A DNA stretch of 64,000 bases from the NCBI GenBank assembly GCA_963840855.1, contig CAWJBB010000024.1, positions 1 to 64,000 of the forward strand, given 5' to 3'. Of the stretch, positions 30,547-40,742 are shown in pieces. Under the pieces are notes generated by a model. That model saw only the letters and a list, made by a program, of their open reading frames with translations. It made no database searches and was not told where the DNA came from. Position numbers and translations under genes: made by a program. The stretch comes from an uncultured delta proteobacterium (lineage in GTDB: Bacteria > Desulfobacterota > Binatia > UBA9968). Each line of letters starts with the position of its first letter. Positions within the stretch are counted from its first letter, which is position 1.

Positions 30547-31575
30547 TCAGCGTAAGAGATTTGGAAAAGTCATTTGCCGGCGCGCGGGGGAAGTGCGGGC
30601 TCTGCGCGGCGTTCCTTCGAGGTGGGTAAGGGAGAACTGTTCACACTGCTCGGTCCGAGCGGTTGCGGCAAGACGACGACGCTGCGCTGCATTGCCGGAT
30701 TGGAACAACCGCGGTCGGGAGAAATCCTGTCGATGATCTGCCCGGTGTTCAACGCCGCCGAGGGTACGTTCATTGCGCCGGAGCGGCGCAATATCGGCAT
30801 GGTCTTTCAATCCTACGCCATCTGGCCGCACATGACGGTGTTTCAGAACGTCGCCTATCCGCTGGCGAGCGATTTCAGCCGCGCGCAGATCGCCGAACGG
30901 GTGGAACAAATCCTCGGGCGCCTGGGGCTCGGCAGTCTGGCCGATCGGCTCGCGCCTAATTTGAGCGGTGGACAGCAACAGCGAGTCGCGTTGGCGCGGG
31001 CGCTGGTGGCTCAACCTGAGGTGCTGCTGTTGGATGAACCGCTCAGCAACCTCGACGCCAAGCTGCGCGAACAGATGCGCTTCGAGCTCAAAGCTTTGCA
31101 GGAGTCCTTCGGTATAACCACGGTCTATGTCACTCACGACCAGGAAGAGGCGATGGCGCTCTCTGACCGGATCGCTCTGATGCACGACGGCGCATTGCTG
31201 GAAGCCGGGACGCCCGCGGATCTCTATCTTCGTCCCGCCCATAGAATTACCGCCGACTTTCTTGGCACGTCCAACTTCGTTCCCAGCACGGTTGAGAACG
31301 TCGGCAGCCTGGCAGGGGCGGAAGTTTTGCTGGATTCACCGTTGGGTAGATTCATCGCGCGGCGCAGCGTCGAATGGCAGCCGGGATCGCTGTCGGAACT
31401 TTTTTTCCGGCCCGAGAACGTCGACTTGTTGGATGACTCCGCTGCCAATGGATTAAATCGAGGCAGCGGAGTCGTGGAACGGGCGACGTTTCTCGGTAAT
31501 GCCGCCGACCTCGTGCTGCGCTGCGGCGACATCGCCGTGCGCGTGCGCGCGCATCGAGGTCGGAGCCGTCCGTAG
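30543..31575 (+). CDS. ABC transporter ATP-binding protein (FbpC/PotA-like), frameshifted ends
   Basis: GPSGCGKTT, VFQSYAIWPH, LSGGQQQRVALAR, LLLDEP, YVTHDQ; ATGA overlap with the permease; true 3' end uncertain. Confidence 0.9.
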
Positions 31576-31773
31576 GACAGCGAGTTGGTTTTTCCGTGGC
31601 TGCGCAATCCTGCCTTTTGTTTCCGGTGTAGGAGCCGTAACGAGCGCGAAATCTCTAGATAGCCTCGCCCACGAAGTGGGAGAGGGAAGCGGTGAAGGTC
31701 TCTCTCTTTCCGAAGGAGGGCGAGGAAGTAATCGCACAAAGGAATGCTTGAATGGATCATCGATAAGGAGACA

Positions 31774-32856
31774 GTGAATGCAACTCCATGAACGCGACAG
31801 AGGATTGAGGAAGATAGTCTCGGATGGCGTCTCTATCACAACATGCTCGTCACGCGAAGCTTCGAAGATGCACTGATCCGCTGGGAGCATGAAGGGAAGA
31901 TTGCCGCGCAAACGTTTCCGAGCAAGGGCCAGGAAGCCATCGCCATCGGCTGCTGCCTGGCGCTGGAGCAAGGCGACGATGTCATCCCGTCTTTTCGCAC
32001 CCGCGGCGCGATGGTCGGCATGGGCGTGAGCATCGCTGAGCAAATTCGCGAGTTCATTCACAGCCCGCTAGCGGCAGGCGACTCGCGCGATGCGCCGCAT
32101 CATGCATCATGGCCTGACCGCGGTGTCATGCCAGGCTCGACGATGATCGGCGGCCATCTCGCCATGGCTGCGGGCATCGCCTTGGCGATGCAATGCGAAA
32201 AGCAAAACCAAGTCGGCGTCGCTTTCTTTGGCGACGGGACGCTCGGTTCCGGCGACCTGCACGAGACCATGCACATCGCCGGCGCGTGGGGGCTGCCATT
32301 AATCTTGGTCTGCGAGAACAACGGCTGGGAAATGGCTACTCCCTGGCACAAAGTGCGCAAGCAACGCTCGCTGATTCCCTATGCTGAGCCTTTCGGATTC
32401 GCCACGCGGAGTGTCGATGGCAACGATGTCTGGGATGTGTATCACTCAGCGCGCTGGGCGCGTGAGACGGCATTGGCAGGACAAGCGGTGTTTCTTGATT
32501 GTCTGACGTTCCGGGCGGGCCTCTACAGCTCGCATTTCGGCGAAGTCCGTCCGGGAGTCGAGCAGGAACTGTCCGAATGGGAAACGCGTGATCCGCTAAA
32601 ACGCATGGCCGATTGGCTGATTGGGAATGGTTTAGCTTCGGCGGACGAGTTGGAGGAACTGCAGCGTGAAGAAGAACGGCGCATTGAAGAAACTTTTGAG
32701 CAAGTGCTCTCTGAGGTGAGGTGCTGCCAGTTTCTCGGCAGGTGGCTTTTTCAGAAGCAGACTTTCGTGAATCGTGTTCGTGATTCGTGTTCGCACGAGC
32801 ACGAGAAACGGAGCATGTCGGTTTCCGCTTTCGCGAGAGGCGCAATATATCGATGA
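31774..32856 (+). CDS. ThDP-dependent dehydrogenase E1 alpha-like subunit (5' frameshift; atypical motifs)
   Basis: GQEA, FFGDG...CENN ThDP-binding motif, VDGND, RDPL; AAGGAG RBS at 31765. Confidence 0.85.
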
Positions 32857-33836
32857 ATGTTATAGACAGCGTTAATCTAAAGAGATGGTCAGCACTGAGT
32901 TATCGGGACGCCGTCGGCAAGGCGCTGCAAGATTCCATGCGCCATGAGCCGCGCTTGATTTTGATAGGTCAGAATCTCGCGGCCCACGCCTTGAAACCAT
33001 TGGCGCTGACTTACGGCGAAGCTCGAGTGCGCGACACCAGCATCAGCGAAAGCGCGATGGTCGGCATGGCCGTCGGCGCGGCCATGAAAGGAATGAAAGT
33101 CGTCGTTATGATCGCCTATGCCGATATTGCTTCGGTCTGTCACATGGCGATCGTGCAAAGCGCAGCGAAGCTTCACTACTTGACCAACGGCCGTTTGAAT
33201 TGCCCGGTCATCATTCGCCTGCCAATAGCGCGCTTTCGCGGGCATGGACCGGAAGGCAATGAAGTCGGAGCGTCATGGTTTTACAACGTGCCGGACTTGA
33301 ACATCGCGCTGCCGGGCTCGGCGAACGAGGCGTATTGGAGCTTTCGCGAGGCGCTCACGCGGCCGACGCCGACATTATTCTTCGAGGACCGTTCGATCCA
33401 TCCTCGATCGGGTGAAGTTGCCGACAATAATCCCAAAGGTAAAGCCCAGATCACCCGCTCGGGCGAGCGCTTGACGATCGTCGCAGCCGGACGCGCGGCG
33501 GCGCTGGCTGAAGATGCGGCTGATGAATTGGCGAAGCAAGGATACAGTGGCGCGGTAGAGGTCGTCAGCCTGGGATTCATCAAGCCGCTGGACAAACAAA
33601 CGGTTCTAAAATCCGCGAGTAAGACCGGCAGAGTGCTAATCGTACAGGACGAGCCGGAATGGGGCGGCTACGCGCCGGTGGTGCGTTGTTTGTTGGATGA
33701 GCTGGCGCCGGGGAAGCTCGTAAAAATGCCGCGTATTATCGGCGGGGCCGACCAATATTTACCCTATTGGGACGAGAAGCCTTTCCTACCGTCTCTTCAA
33801 AGCGTTATGGCCGCCGGCAAGGAGATAATTGGATAG
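32853..33836 (+). CDS. ThDP-dependent dehydrogenase E1 beta-like subunit
   Basis: RVRDTSISESAMVG, IKPLD, KTGRVLIV. Confidence 0.87.
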   Translation: MNVIDSVNLKRWSALSYRDAVGKALQDSMRHEPRLILIGQNLAAHALKPLALTYGEARVRDTSISESAMVGMAVGAAMKGMKVVVMIAYADIASVCHMAIVQSAAKLHYLTNGRLNCPVIIRLPIARFRGHGPEGNEVGASWFYNVPDLNIALPGSANEAYWSFREALTRPTPTLFFEDRSIHPRSGEVADNNPKGKAQITRSGERLTIVAAGRAAALAEDAADELAKQGYSGAVEVVSLGFIKPLDKQTVLKSASKTGRVLIVQDEPEWGGYAPVVRCLLDELAPGKLVKMPRIIGGADQYLPYWDEKPFLPSLQSVMAAGKEIIG

Positions 33837-33913
33837 AACTCTTGACCTCAAGCATCCATAGATCATAAAGTTTTTTCGTAAACCGTGCGACGTTTCGGTG
33901 TTTAAGTAATCTC

Positions 33914-34954
33914 ATGCACGAAGAGTTGTCAGAGATCTTCGAGCGCTTCGCGAGAGAAGAATTTCATAACTCTTCGCCGCTCTATGAACAACTTTCCAGG
34001 GCAATCGCGAAAGATCCTGAGCTGCTTTCTCTTGCGGCGCGGTGCCGGAAGGGAGAGCGGATACCTAATTTGCTTTTCGCTGCGGTCCATTACCTGCTGC
34101 TAAAAGGTTTCTCTCACCCTGTTTCTCGATTCTACAAAAGTCTTGGTGGGTCTTTTGACGGCCGTGAGGACCCCTACCCTGAGTTTCAGTCGTTTTGCTC
34201 GCAGCATGTTGAGAGCATTCGTCAGCTAATCGCTGTTCGAATGGTCCAGACTAACGAAGTGAGCCGTTGTGCCGGACTGATGCCTGCTTTTGCTACCGCG
34301 TCAAAAAAAGTTCCAGATGAATCGCTGTATCTGGTGGACATCGGGGCAAGCGCGGGCCTTAACCTGTTCTGGGATCACTACGGCTACAAATACGGGGACT
34401 TGATCGAATGCGGCGATAGAGAGTCGCCGGTTCAGATCAACTGTGTTCTCAAAGGGACAGAGGTTCCGTCGCTTCCAGCGTCATTTCCTCGAGTCGCGGG
34501 GCGCGTGGGGCTGGACTTGCATCCTCTCGACGTGCGAGGCTCGGACGACGCGCTTTGGTTAAGGGCTTTGATTTGGCCGGAGCATGAGGCGCGGGCTGAT
34601 CTCTTGCGCAAGGCAATCGAGGTTGTGCGGCAACAACCGCTGAAACTGTTAGCGGGGAATGGCGTTGACTTGCTGAGGGGTATATTGAGCACCGTTCCCG
34701 CCGACTCTGTCCTATGCATCGTCCGGATCTTTACCCAGCTTTCGCAAGAGGACCGCGATCGGCTTTCGGCATTAATCTTAGAATACAGTACGAAACGAGA
34801 TGTCATCACAATTTCACTTCGACGCCATGGCGGAGATGATTCAGAAATTCGCCTGACTTCGTTTATCAAAGGCAATAGAACCGACGAGGGTCTAGCCTAC
34901 TTGCAGAACCACGGCGAATGGATCGAGTGGTTGGATGAGGCGCATAGCGGTTGA
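33914..34954 (+). CDS. DUF2332 domain-containing protein
   Basis: SPLY, LLFAAVHYLL, VQTNEVSRC, DIGASAGLNL, GLDLHPLD, WLRALIWPE, HGEWIEW. Confidence 0.88.
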   Translation: MHEELSEIFERFAREEFHNSSPLYEQLSRAIAKDPELLSLAARCRKGERIPNLLFAAVHYLLLKGFSHPVSRFYKSLGGSFDGREDPYPEFQSFCSQHVESIRQLIAVRMVQTNEVSRCAGLMPAFATASKKVPDESLYLVDIGASAGLNLFWDHYGYKYGDLIECGDRESPVQINCVLKGTEVPSLPASFPRVAGRVGLDLHPLDVRGSDDALWLRALIWPEHEARADLLRKAIEVVRQQPLKLLAGNGVDLLRGILSTVPADSVLCIVRIFTQLSQEDRDRLSALILEYSTKRDVITISLRRHGGDDSEIRLTSFIKGNRTDEGLAYLQNHGEWIEWLDEAHSG

Positions 34955-34993
34955 GTCGCAGCGAAAATTTCCGACGGAGGTTCAAAGGTCAAT

Positions 34994-36010
34994 ATGAGGT
35001 TAAGCATCTTTTCAATTGCCGCCCTGTCAATGGTCTGTGTCGCCCCGGCTCGCGCGCAGATCAGTAATTCCGATTTGCTTGCCCAGGCCAAAAAAGAAGG
35101 ACGGGTCGTCTGGTACACAACGGTGTCGATTCCGGAAAGCCAGGAATTTGCCGCGCTGTTCAAGCGTCAATTTCCTTCGATCAACGTGGATATTATTCGC
35201 ACCGGTTCCAGCGCGTTGGTGAATCGCCTCATCAGCGAGCATAATGCGAAAAAGTATCTCGCGGACGTGCTTCAAGGATTTTCCAGTCGCGGCGGATACG
35301 GCGCGCTCAAGCAAAGGGGAATTCTCGGCCGGTACGAATCGCCAGAGTATAAATATCTTCCGCCAGACCTGAGGGACCCGGCAGGTTACTGGGGCTCCCA
35401 GTACCAGAACACTTTTGTGCTGGCTTACAACACACGCATGGTCAAACCGCCTGACGTTCCAAAAACGTACGACGATCTGCTCAAGCCGATGTGGAAGGGG
35501 AAAAAGATTCTTAACGACACGGAAAACCACGAGTGGTTCGACGGGCTCTTGCACTATTGGGGCAAGGAAAAAGGCATTGCTTATTTTCGCAAGCTCGCGC
35601 AGCAGGAGCAAGTCTTTCAGCGCGGCGCCCGCGGCCGCGTTCAACTCGTGGCGGCGGGAGAATTTCCGTTGACGATCGGCTACGGACCCCATGTGCAGAG
35701 TTTCGTCAACAAAGGGGCGCCCGTGGATTGGATTCCATTAGAGCCCGTGGTCACCATTATCAATACCGTGAGTATTGCCGACAAAGCTCCACACCCGGCC
35801 GCAGCGCGCCTGTTCATCGATTTTCTCTTTTCAAGGCCGGCGCAGCTTAAGTTGCGGGAGATGAGCCGTATCCCAGCGCGCGAGGACGTCGATGCTGATC
35901 CGCCGCGGCTTTTCAAAGGATTTAAAAAAATAGCTCAGGATCTAGAGAACGATACCATGAAGGAGTCTGCCGAATTGTATCAGCAAATCTTTGGTTTGAG
36001 CGCGCAATAA
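34994..36010 (+). CDS. Extracellular solute-binding protein (Fe3+/thiamine ABC type)
   Basis: AKKEGRVVWY, AYNTRMV, DLLKPMWKGK, APHPAAARLFIDF. Confidence 0.9.
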   Translation: MRLSIFSIAALSMVCVAPARAQISNSDLLAQAKKEGRVVWYTTVSIPESQEFAALFKRQFPSINVDIIRTGSSALVNRLISEHNAKKYLADVLQGFSSRGGYGALKQRGILGRYESPEYKYLPPDLRDPAGYWGSQYQNTFVLAYNTRMVKPPDVPKTYDDLLKPMWKGKKILNDTENHEWFDGLLHYWGKEKGIAYFRKLAQQEQVFQRGARGRVQLVAAGEFPLTIGYGPHVQSFVNKGAPVDWIPLEPVVTIINTVSIADKAPHPAAARLFIDFLFSRPAQLKLREMSRIPAREDVDADPPRLFKGFKKIAQDLENDTMKESAELYQQIFGLSAQ

Positions 36011-36102
36011 CAACCACGGCGCTCTTGCGCGACAAGAGCAAACCGAAGGACAGCAAAGGGGCCGCGCGAGGAACAGAAGAGTTTTGATCTCACCGCCAAA
36101 GG

Positions 36103-36130
36103 AAGGGCGGGTTTAAAACCCGCCCTTTCT
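36103..36130 (+). terminator. Hairpin, probable intrinsic terminator (or REP-like unit)
   Basis: AAGGGCGGGTTT / AAACCCGCCCTT inverted repeat followed by T-rich sequence, between convergent genes. Confidence 0.55.
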
Positions 36131-36219
36131 ATTTTGTGAACTTCGTACTACTATGTTTAAGAGTTTTCGCGGCTCGCGCAAATTTTCCGGTAACCTGAAA
36201 TACTCGAATGCGGGGATTG

Positions 36220-36380
36220 ACTCGCGCCAAGGCGCAAAGCACGCCAAGTTCGGAAGGGAAAGATTGATAATCTTACAAACGATCTTCACCATTTTTCTCC
36301 GACCTTTGCGGCCTTGGCGTCTTTGCGCGAGATATTCCTAGTTTTGGTTGCGGCCCTGCCGCGCTAGGCCCTTTGCGGTT
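36220..36380. repeat. Intergenic palindromic element with 9-nt periodic arms and a TTGGTTGCGGC...CGCTAGG terminus
   Basis: CTCGCGCCAAGGCGCAAAGCACGCCAAG pairs with CTTTGCGGCCTTGGCGTCTTTGCGCGAG; terminus shared with 24706-24730 and 47952-47968. Confidence 0.6.
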
Positions 36381-36394
36381 AAATTGTTTCTTTC

Positions 36395-37249
36395 TTATCC
36401 TGCGAACTTCGCCGCCGCCGTCATCGAGATATTGCCATTCGGATCGATGGCCCACAGCGTAGCTTCTTTGCCGTCGGCTGACGGCGCGCCGGCGATGGTG
36501 AAGTTGCCGGTATCGTAGGTCTGGCGTACCGTTTGAAACCCGAACGAAGTCAGCGGGCTAGTGACTTCTTTGCGGCACATTTCAATTAACAACTGGCAGA
36601 TAAGCGATGTCTGCACCACCAGACCCGGAAGCTTTTCAACTTTGGTCACGTAGTCGCGATCGTAGTGGATGCGGTGGCTGTTGAAGCGGATCGCGGAAAA
36701 GCGAAACAACAGCGCCGCCTTGGGTTCGAACACCTGCTTCCATTTGGCCTCGCCCGGAACCGCGGGCGCGGCTTTGGGCGCGACATCCGCTCGCGCTTCA
36801 CTCAGAAACACCATATCGCGCTCTTCAACCACCGCCAGTCCGCGGCTGCTGGAGATGCTGCCTTTTTCAATGATGGTCACCATTGCGCCGTTTGGCCCGT
36901 CGTCGATCTGCAGGTCGGCGATCTCGGTAACTTTTTTGATTTCGTCGCCGACCCGGAGCGGATCATGAAAAGTCATGCGGGTGCCGCCGATGCGCCGGCG
37001 TGGTAGAGGAATCGCCGGGACCAGGCCGCCGCCGGACGCCTGGCCGTCCTCGCGCATCTGCGCAGGCCGGTGCGACGGCGGAAAAAAGCCGCCGTGCCAG
37101 CCGGGCGGCACCAGCTCGCCTTTATCCATAGGCGCCTTTTCCAGTCCCAAAGTCGCGGCGAATTTTAACATCACCGACCCTGTGACGACGTCCGTAGCCG
37201 TTTCACTCTTGCCGATATACTGTTTAAAGCTCTCCAACGATTCTGCCAT
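36395..37249 (-). CDS. Double hot-dog MaoC-like dehydratase (HTD2 / mesaconyl-C4-CoA hydratase-like)
   Basis: VPPGWH, LPRRRIGG, LLFRFSAIRFNSHRIHYDRDY, PGLVV. Confidence 0.85.
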   Translation of the reverse strand: MAESLESFKQYIGKSETATDVVTGSVMLKFAATLGLEKAPMDKGELVPPGWHGGFFPPSHRPAQMREDGQASGGGLVPAIPLPRRRIGGTRMTFHDPLRVGDEIKKVTEIADLQIDDGPNGAMVTIIEKGSISSSRGLAVVEERDMVFLSEARADVAPKAAPAVPGEAKWKQVFEPKAALLFRFSAIRFNSHRIHYDRDYVTKVEKLPGLVVQTSLICQLLIEMCRKEVTSPLTSFGFQTVRQTYDTGNFTIAGAPSADGKEATLWAIDPNGNISMTAAAKFAG

Positions 37250-37429
37250 GGCATACACCTCCGTCTGGATTTGATTACGCTATCGAGCCTAGTCCGGCAG
37301 GGTTCGGCGTGTCAAGTTAAGAATTGGTTGATCCGCCGTGACACCCGGCGACGGAGGATCAACGCATTGACGTGGTCAATGATCATCGTCGCTACCGCAA
37401 GTTCAAACCTCTCTTCGATGTGGGCCTGA

Positions 37430-38032
37430 TCACGAAATGAAAAAATCTCTGAAGAGCATGAACAGTGGCGGATCGTGCCATGGCACACGAATCAAGTAGC
37501 CATAGACGCCGACGATCAGGCCGAGGAACAAAAAGGCAATACTTCCCGCCAAGAGAAAATTCGCCCTTCCAAACCAGACCATGTAGATAAATATCCAGCA
37601 GGGCAACGCGATGTGGAATCCGACGGCCCAGATTCCCAGGTAGAGGACCCCGATAGCGGAAAGGATGCGGATCCACCGCTTACGCTCCTCCTTAGGATCG
37701 TCACCGACTCTAAAACCCATGTCCATTATCTGGCTGGGCGTCACCGATGATGCTGTGCGGCTCCAGAATAGGACGCGGAGCACGTAGATGACTCGTAGAA
37801 TGAGAAATGGGGTGCCGATGCCGATCGCGATTTGTGGCATGAGGCGCGCACCCCATGCCCAGTCCAGCGAAGGAATGAACATGTAAATGAAGAAGGCAGT
37901 CACTGCAATAAGCAGGATGATCTCGCCGGTGACCTCCACCGTCAGCTGCTTTCGCAGCAGAACTGTGTCTAGCGTCGTCTTCTCTTTGTTGAGAGGGCTA
38001 TTGCCAATAGAGGGTTCCTGTTCCTGCTGCAT
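37430..38032 (-). CDS. tctB: Tripartite tricarboxylate transporter small subunit (TctB family)
   Basis: ARLMP followed by 4-5 TM segments, GFHIALP; overlaps the end of tctA. Confidence 0.75.
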   Translation of the reverse strand: MQQEQEPSIGNSPLNKEKTTLDTVLLRKQLTVEVTGEIILLIAVTAFFIYMFIPSLDWAWGARLMPQIAIGIGTPFLILRVIYVLRVLFWSRTASSVTPSQIMDMGFRVGDDPKEERKRWIRILSAIGVLYLGIWAVGFHIALPCWIFIYMVWFGRANFLLAGSIAFLFLGLIVGVYGYLIRVPWHDPPLFMLFRDFFIS

Positions 38033-39572
38033 CGCGCCCTGCGTTGTCTCTGCTCACTGGCTCCACGGGCATCGATGCCATCGCCTGGTGCATCCCTCGC
38101 TGGACCCGCAGCGACCCGCCTATGATCAGGAGCATGAAGGCCACGATGGCAAGGAACTGCGGCCTAGCGAGCATGGACGCTCCATACGCAGACACCGAAG
38201 AATACGTGAACCGCTCCAAGCTCTCGCCGAGGACGGCTGCGATGAGGATTGGGGGGCGCGGCCAGCCGTAGCGCTTCATGAATACCCCCAGCACCGCGAA
38301 GCCAAGTGCAACCATCAGGTCACCCAGAGAATAGCTGGCCATGAAGGCGGACAGGGTGACGAAGCCAATGACCACCGGCGCAATTAAGTTGGGCGGAATA
38401 GTCGCGATCTTCGCGATGATCGGGCTGGCTGCTAACATGATGGGCACCACGATGATGTTGGCCAAAGCGATGACGTAGACGAAACTCACAGTCAAATCGA
38501 GGTGGGTCGTAAGCATCGCCGGACCCGGCTGGATCCCGTACAGGATGAACATCGCCAAAAGAAGCGCCATGCCGCCGCTTCCTGGGATACCGAAGCCGAC
38601 GGTGGGGATGAGATCGCCGCCGTCGACGGAATTGTTGGATGATTCTGCTGCTATGACACCACGAATATCACCTTTACCAAAGGACTCCTTCGCGTCTTTT
38701 TCCGTCGCGCGTGCCTGCGCATAAGCAATCCAGTGCGCAACCGATCCTCCTACCCCAGGGAGCGCGCCAACAAACACACCAATGAGCGATGATCGCACGG
38801 TTAACCACTTATGGTTTAGCGCGATCTTCATGCCGCGATAGACGTCCTTGCCTATACCCTTCAGCATCTCCTCTATGCGTTGCATGGCGATGGGGGTATT
38901 GCCGACCACCAGATCAATCGCCTCCGGAATCGCGAAGATACCGACCACGAGGGGAACCAGCGGTATGCCATCCCAGAGGTAATGAATGCCAAAATCAGCC
39001 CGTACGACACCTCCGATCGGGGAGTAGCCGATCATGGCGATGGCGAGACCCAACATGGCGGTCAGCATGCCCTTAACGAACGCCCCGGAGCTGACGATGG
39101 CTACGGTCATCATGCCCATCAGTGAGAGCAGAAAGAATTCGGCCGAACCGAACATAAACAACAGTTCACGCATGACAGGCAAGGAAATTAGCAGTGCCGC
39201 CGCGCCAACGAGACCGCCAATGAGTGAGGCGGTGTAGCTGGCGCCGATCGCCACACCAGCGAGCCCTTGTCGAGTCATCGGATAACCGTCGAGAATGGTT
39301 GCCTGCGAGGCCCGCGAGCTGGGGATCCCCATCAGGATCGAGGGCAGCGGCTCGCTGGCGTCGTTCGCGGCGCTTTGGAACACGACAATTGTGATGGCTA
39401 CCCACGGGTCGAGAAAACCCACGAACCCAAGGACGATAGCCGTGATAGGCAGCCCGCCACCCGGCATGAGTCCCGATATCAGGGCTATGGGCAAAACGGC
39501 CAGCATGCCTAAAATAGGGCCCGGCGCGAACAGTTGTTGCGCTGCGGAGATCGCAGCTTCGAGCATGGACAT
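37998..39572 (-). CDS. tctA: Tripartite tricarboxylate transporter permease
   Basis: ILMGIP, ATILDGYPM, GALPGVGG, GVIAAESSNNS, GFGIPGS, GIQPGP. Confidence 0.93.
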   Translation of the reverse strand: MSMLEAAISAAQQLFAPGPILGMLAVLPIALISGLMPGGGLPITAIVLGFVGFLDPWVAITIVVFQSAANDASEPLPSILMGIPSSRASQATILDGYPMTRQGLAGVAIGASYTASLIGGLVGAAALLISLPVMRELLFMFGSAEFFLLSLMGMMTVAIVSSGAFVKGMLTAMLGLAIAMIGYSPIGGVVRADFGIHYLWDGIPLVPLVVGIFAIPEAIDLVVGNTPIAMQRIEEMLKGIGKDVYRGMKIALNHKWLTVRSSLIGVFVGALPGVGGSVAHWIAYAQARATEKDAKESFGKGDIRGVIAAESSNNSVDGGDLIPTVGFGIPGSGGMALLLAMFILYGIQPGPAMLTTHLDLTVSFVYVIALANIIVVPIMLAASPIIAKIATIPPNLIAPVVIGFVTLSAFMASYSLGDLMVALGFAVLGVFMKRYGWPRPPILIAAVLGESLERFTYSSVSAYGASMLARPQFLAIVAFMLLIIGGSLRVQRGMHQAMASMPVEPVSRDNAGRDAAGTGTLYWQ

Positions 39573-39589
39573 GAGCCTACTGCTTCATT

Positions 39590-40660
39590 TTACGTATCCA
39601 ACATGCTTGCCGGGTAAATCTCTTCCAGCTTCATTTGCCGTGGCGTCACCCCCTGCTCATAGGTGTACTGGAGCCACGTATCCAGCACCTTCTTGTTGAA
39701 CCGGATACCGTGGCGCGCAAGCGGCTTCTGCAACGCCTTGTCGGCCTCGGGCGGGAGCAACCCTATCTCCAGGTGGTAGCCCACGTAAGCCATGCGTTGT
39801 TTGTCGGCCAGCTCAGCCGCCTGCTGAAAAGCGTTGAACAGGTTCAGAACCGCCCACGGGTGCTTCTCGACAATTTCCCGTTTGATCACGCCCCCGTGAT
39901 TGATGGGATATAGTCCCGTCTTCTCGTAGTAACGGGCGCACTCAGCATACACGTTCGGGAAAAGTTGGCGGACATCGGGGTGCTTCGTCGCGTGCGGTTC
40001 TATCAACGCGGCCTGCAACTCGCCTGACTCAAGCATAGATACAACGCTCTTACCCGAAGGAATGTCATTGACCTTCACGTCCGTAGGAGGTGTAAACCGC
40101 GGGTGAGGCTGGAACCCCACGGCGCTGTCCTCTTCTACTTCTCTCCAGAAAATCATGTCCCTGGGGTGTACGCCGTAGTCGTGCTGGAACATGCCGCGGT
40201 TCCATACTCCCGGCACAGACTGATACGTCGCAATGCCGACTCGCTTGCCCCTGAGATCTTCGGGCTTCTCTATGCCCGCGTCCTTTCGCACCAGGATGTC
40301 CATGTGAAAGAAGCGCCGGCTCATGAAAACCGGAAAACCAACCCAGCGATTATCGCCCTGCGCGATCGACATAATGAGCCGTGTCATAGACATCTCCGAC
40401 ATGTCGAAGTCTGCGTACATGAGCTGCCGCGCGAAAAGTTGCCCCGGCCCGCCTGAGACCTTATGCACGACGCTGCCGGGACCGTGTTTGTATATCTCCT
40501 CCGCAGCTACTCCCATGTTAGGAATAGTCTCCATTCCGAAATGCGGCTCACGAAAAACGGTCGGGATTAAATCTATGCCCTGCGGCTCGATAGTGCCGTT
40601 GAGGATCGGCCACGTCCGGGAATTGGACACCACTCCCATGCTTAGCTGAAGCTTCTTCAT
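39590..40660 (-). CDS. 4,5-dihydroxyphthalate decarboxylase-like protein, tandem copy B
   Basis: QLFARQL, FDMSEMS, PVFMSRRFFH, DLRGKRVG, TGLYPINH, HPW. Confidence 0.83.
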   Translation of the reverse strand: MKKLQLSMGVVSNSRTWPILNGTIEPQGIDLIPTVFREPHFGMETIPNMGVAAEEIYKHGPGSVVHKVSGGPGQLFARQLMYADFDMSEMSMTRLIMSIAQGDNRWVGFPVFMSRRFFHMDILVRKDAGIEKPEDLRGKRVGIATYQSVPGVWNRGMFQHDYGVHPRDMIFWREVEEDSAVGFQPHPRFTPPTDVKVNDIPSGKSVVSMLESGELQAALIEPHATKHPDVRQLFPNVYAECARYYEKTGLYPINHGGVIKREIVEKHPWAVLNLFNAFQQAAELADKQRMAYVGYHLEIGLLPPEADKALQKPLARHGIRFNKKVLDTWLQYTYEQGVTPRQMKLEEIYPASMLDT

Positions 40661-40742
40661 CTAACACCTCCCTCTAGTGTGCTGGAACGGTTTTAGCGTC
40701 ATCCCGCGGAAGCGGAATCCAGAAGGGGCCACTTCCATCGAT

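Noticed and set aside
31650-31725. CCTCGCCCAC-GAA-GTGGGAGAGG hairpin as an ncRNA
   Set aside because: It looks like a single degenerate copy of a common intergenic palindromic repeat, with no independent support.
37366-37380. ATTGACGTGGTCAAT palindrome as an FNR/CRP box
   Set aside because: The spacer is 3 nt rather than 4, and there is only one occurrence. It could still be another operator upstream of the dehydratase gene.
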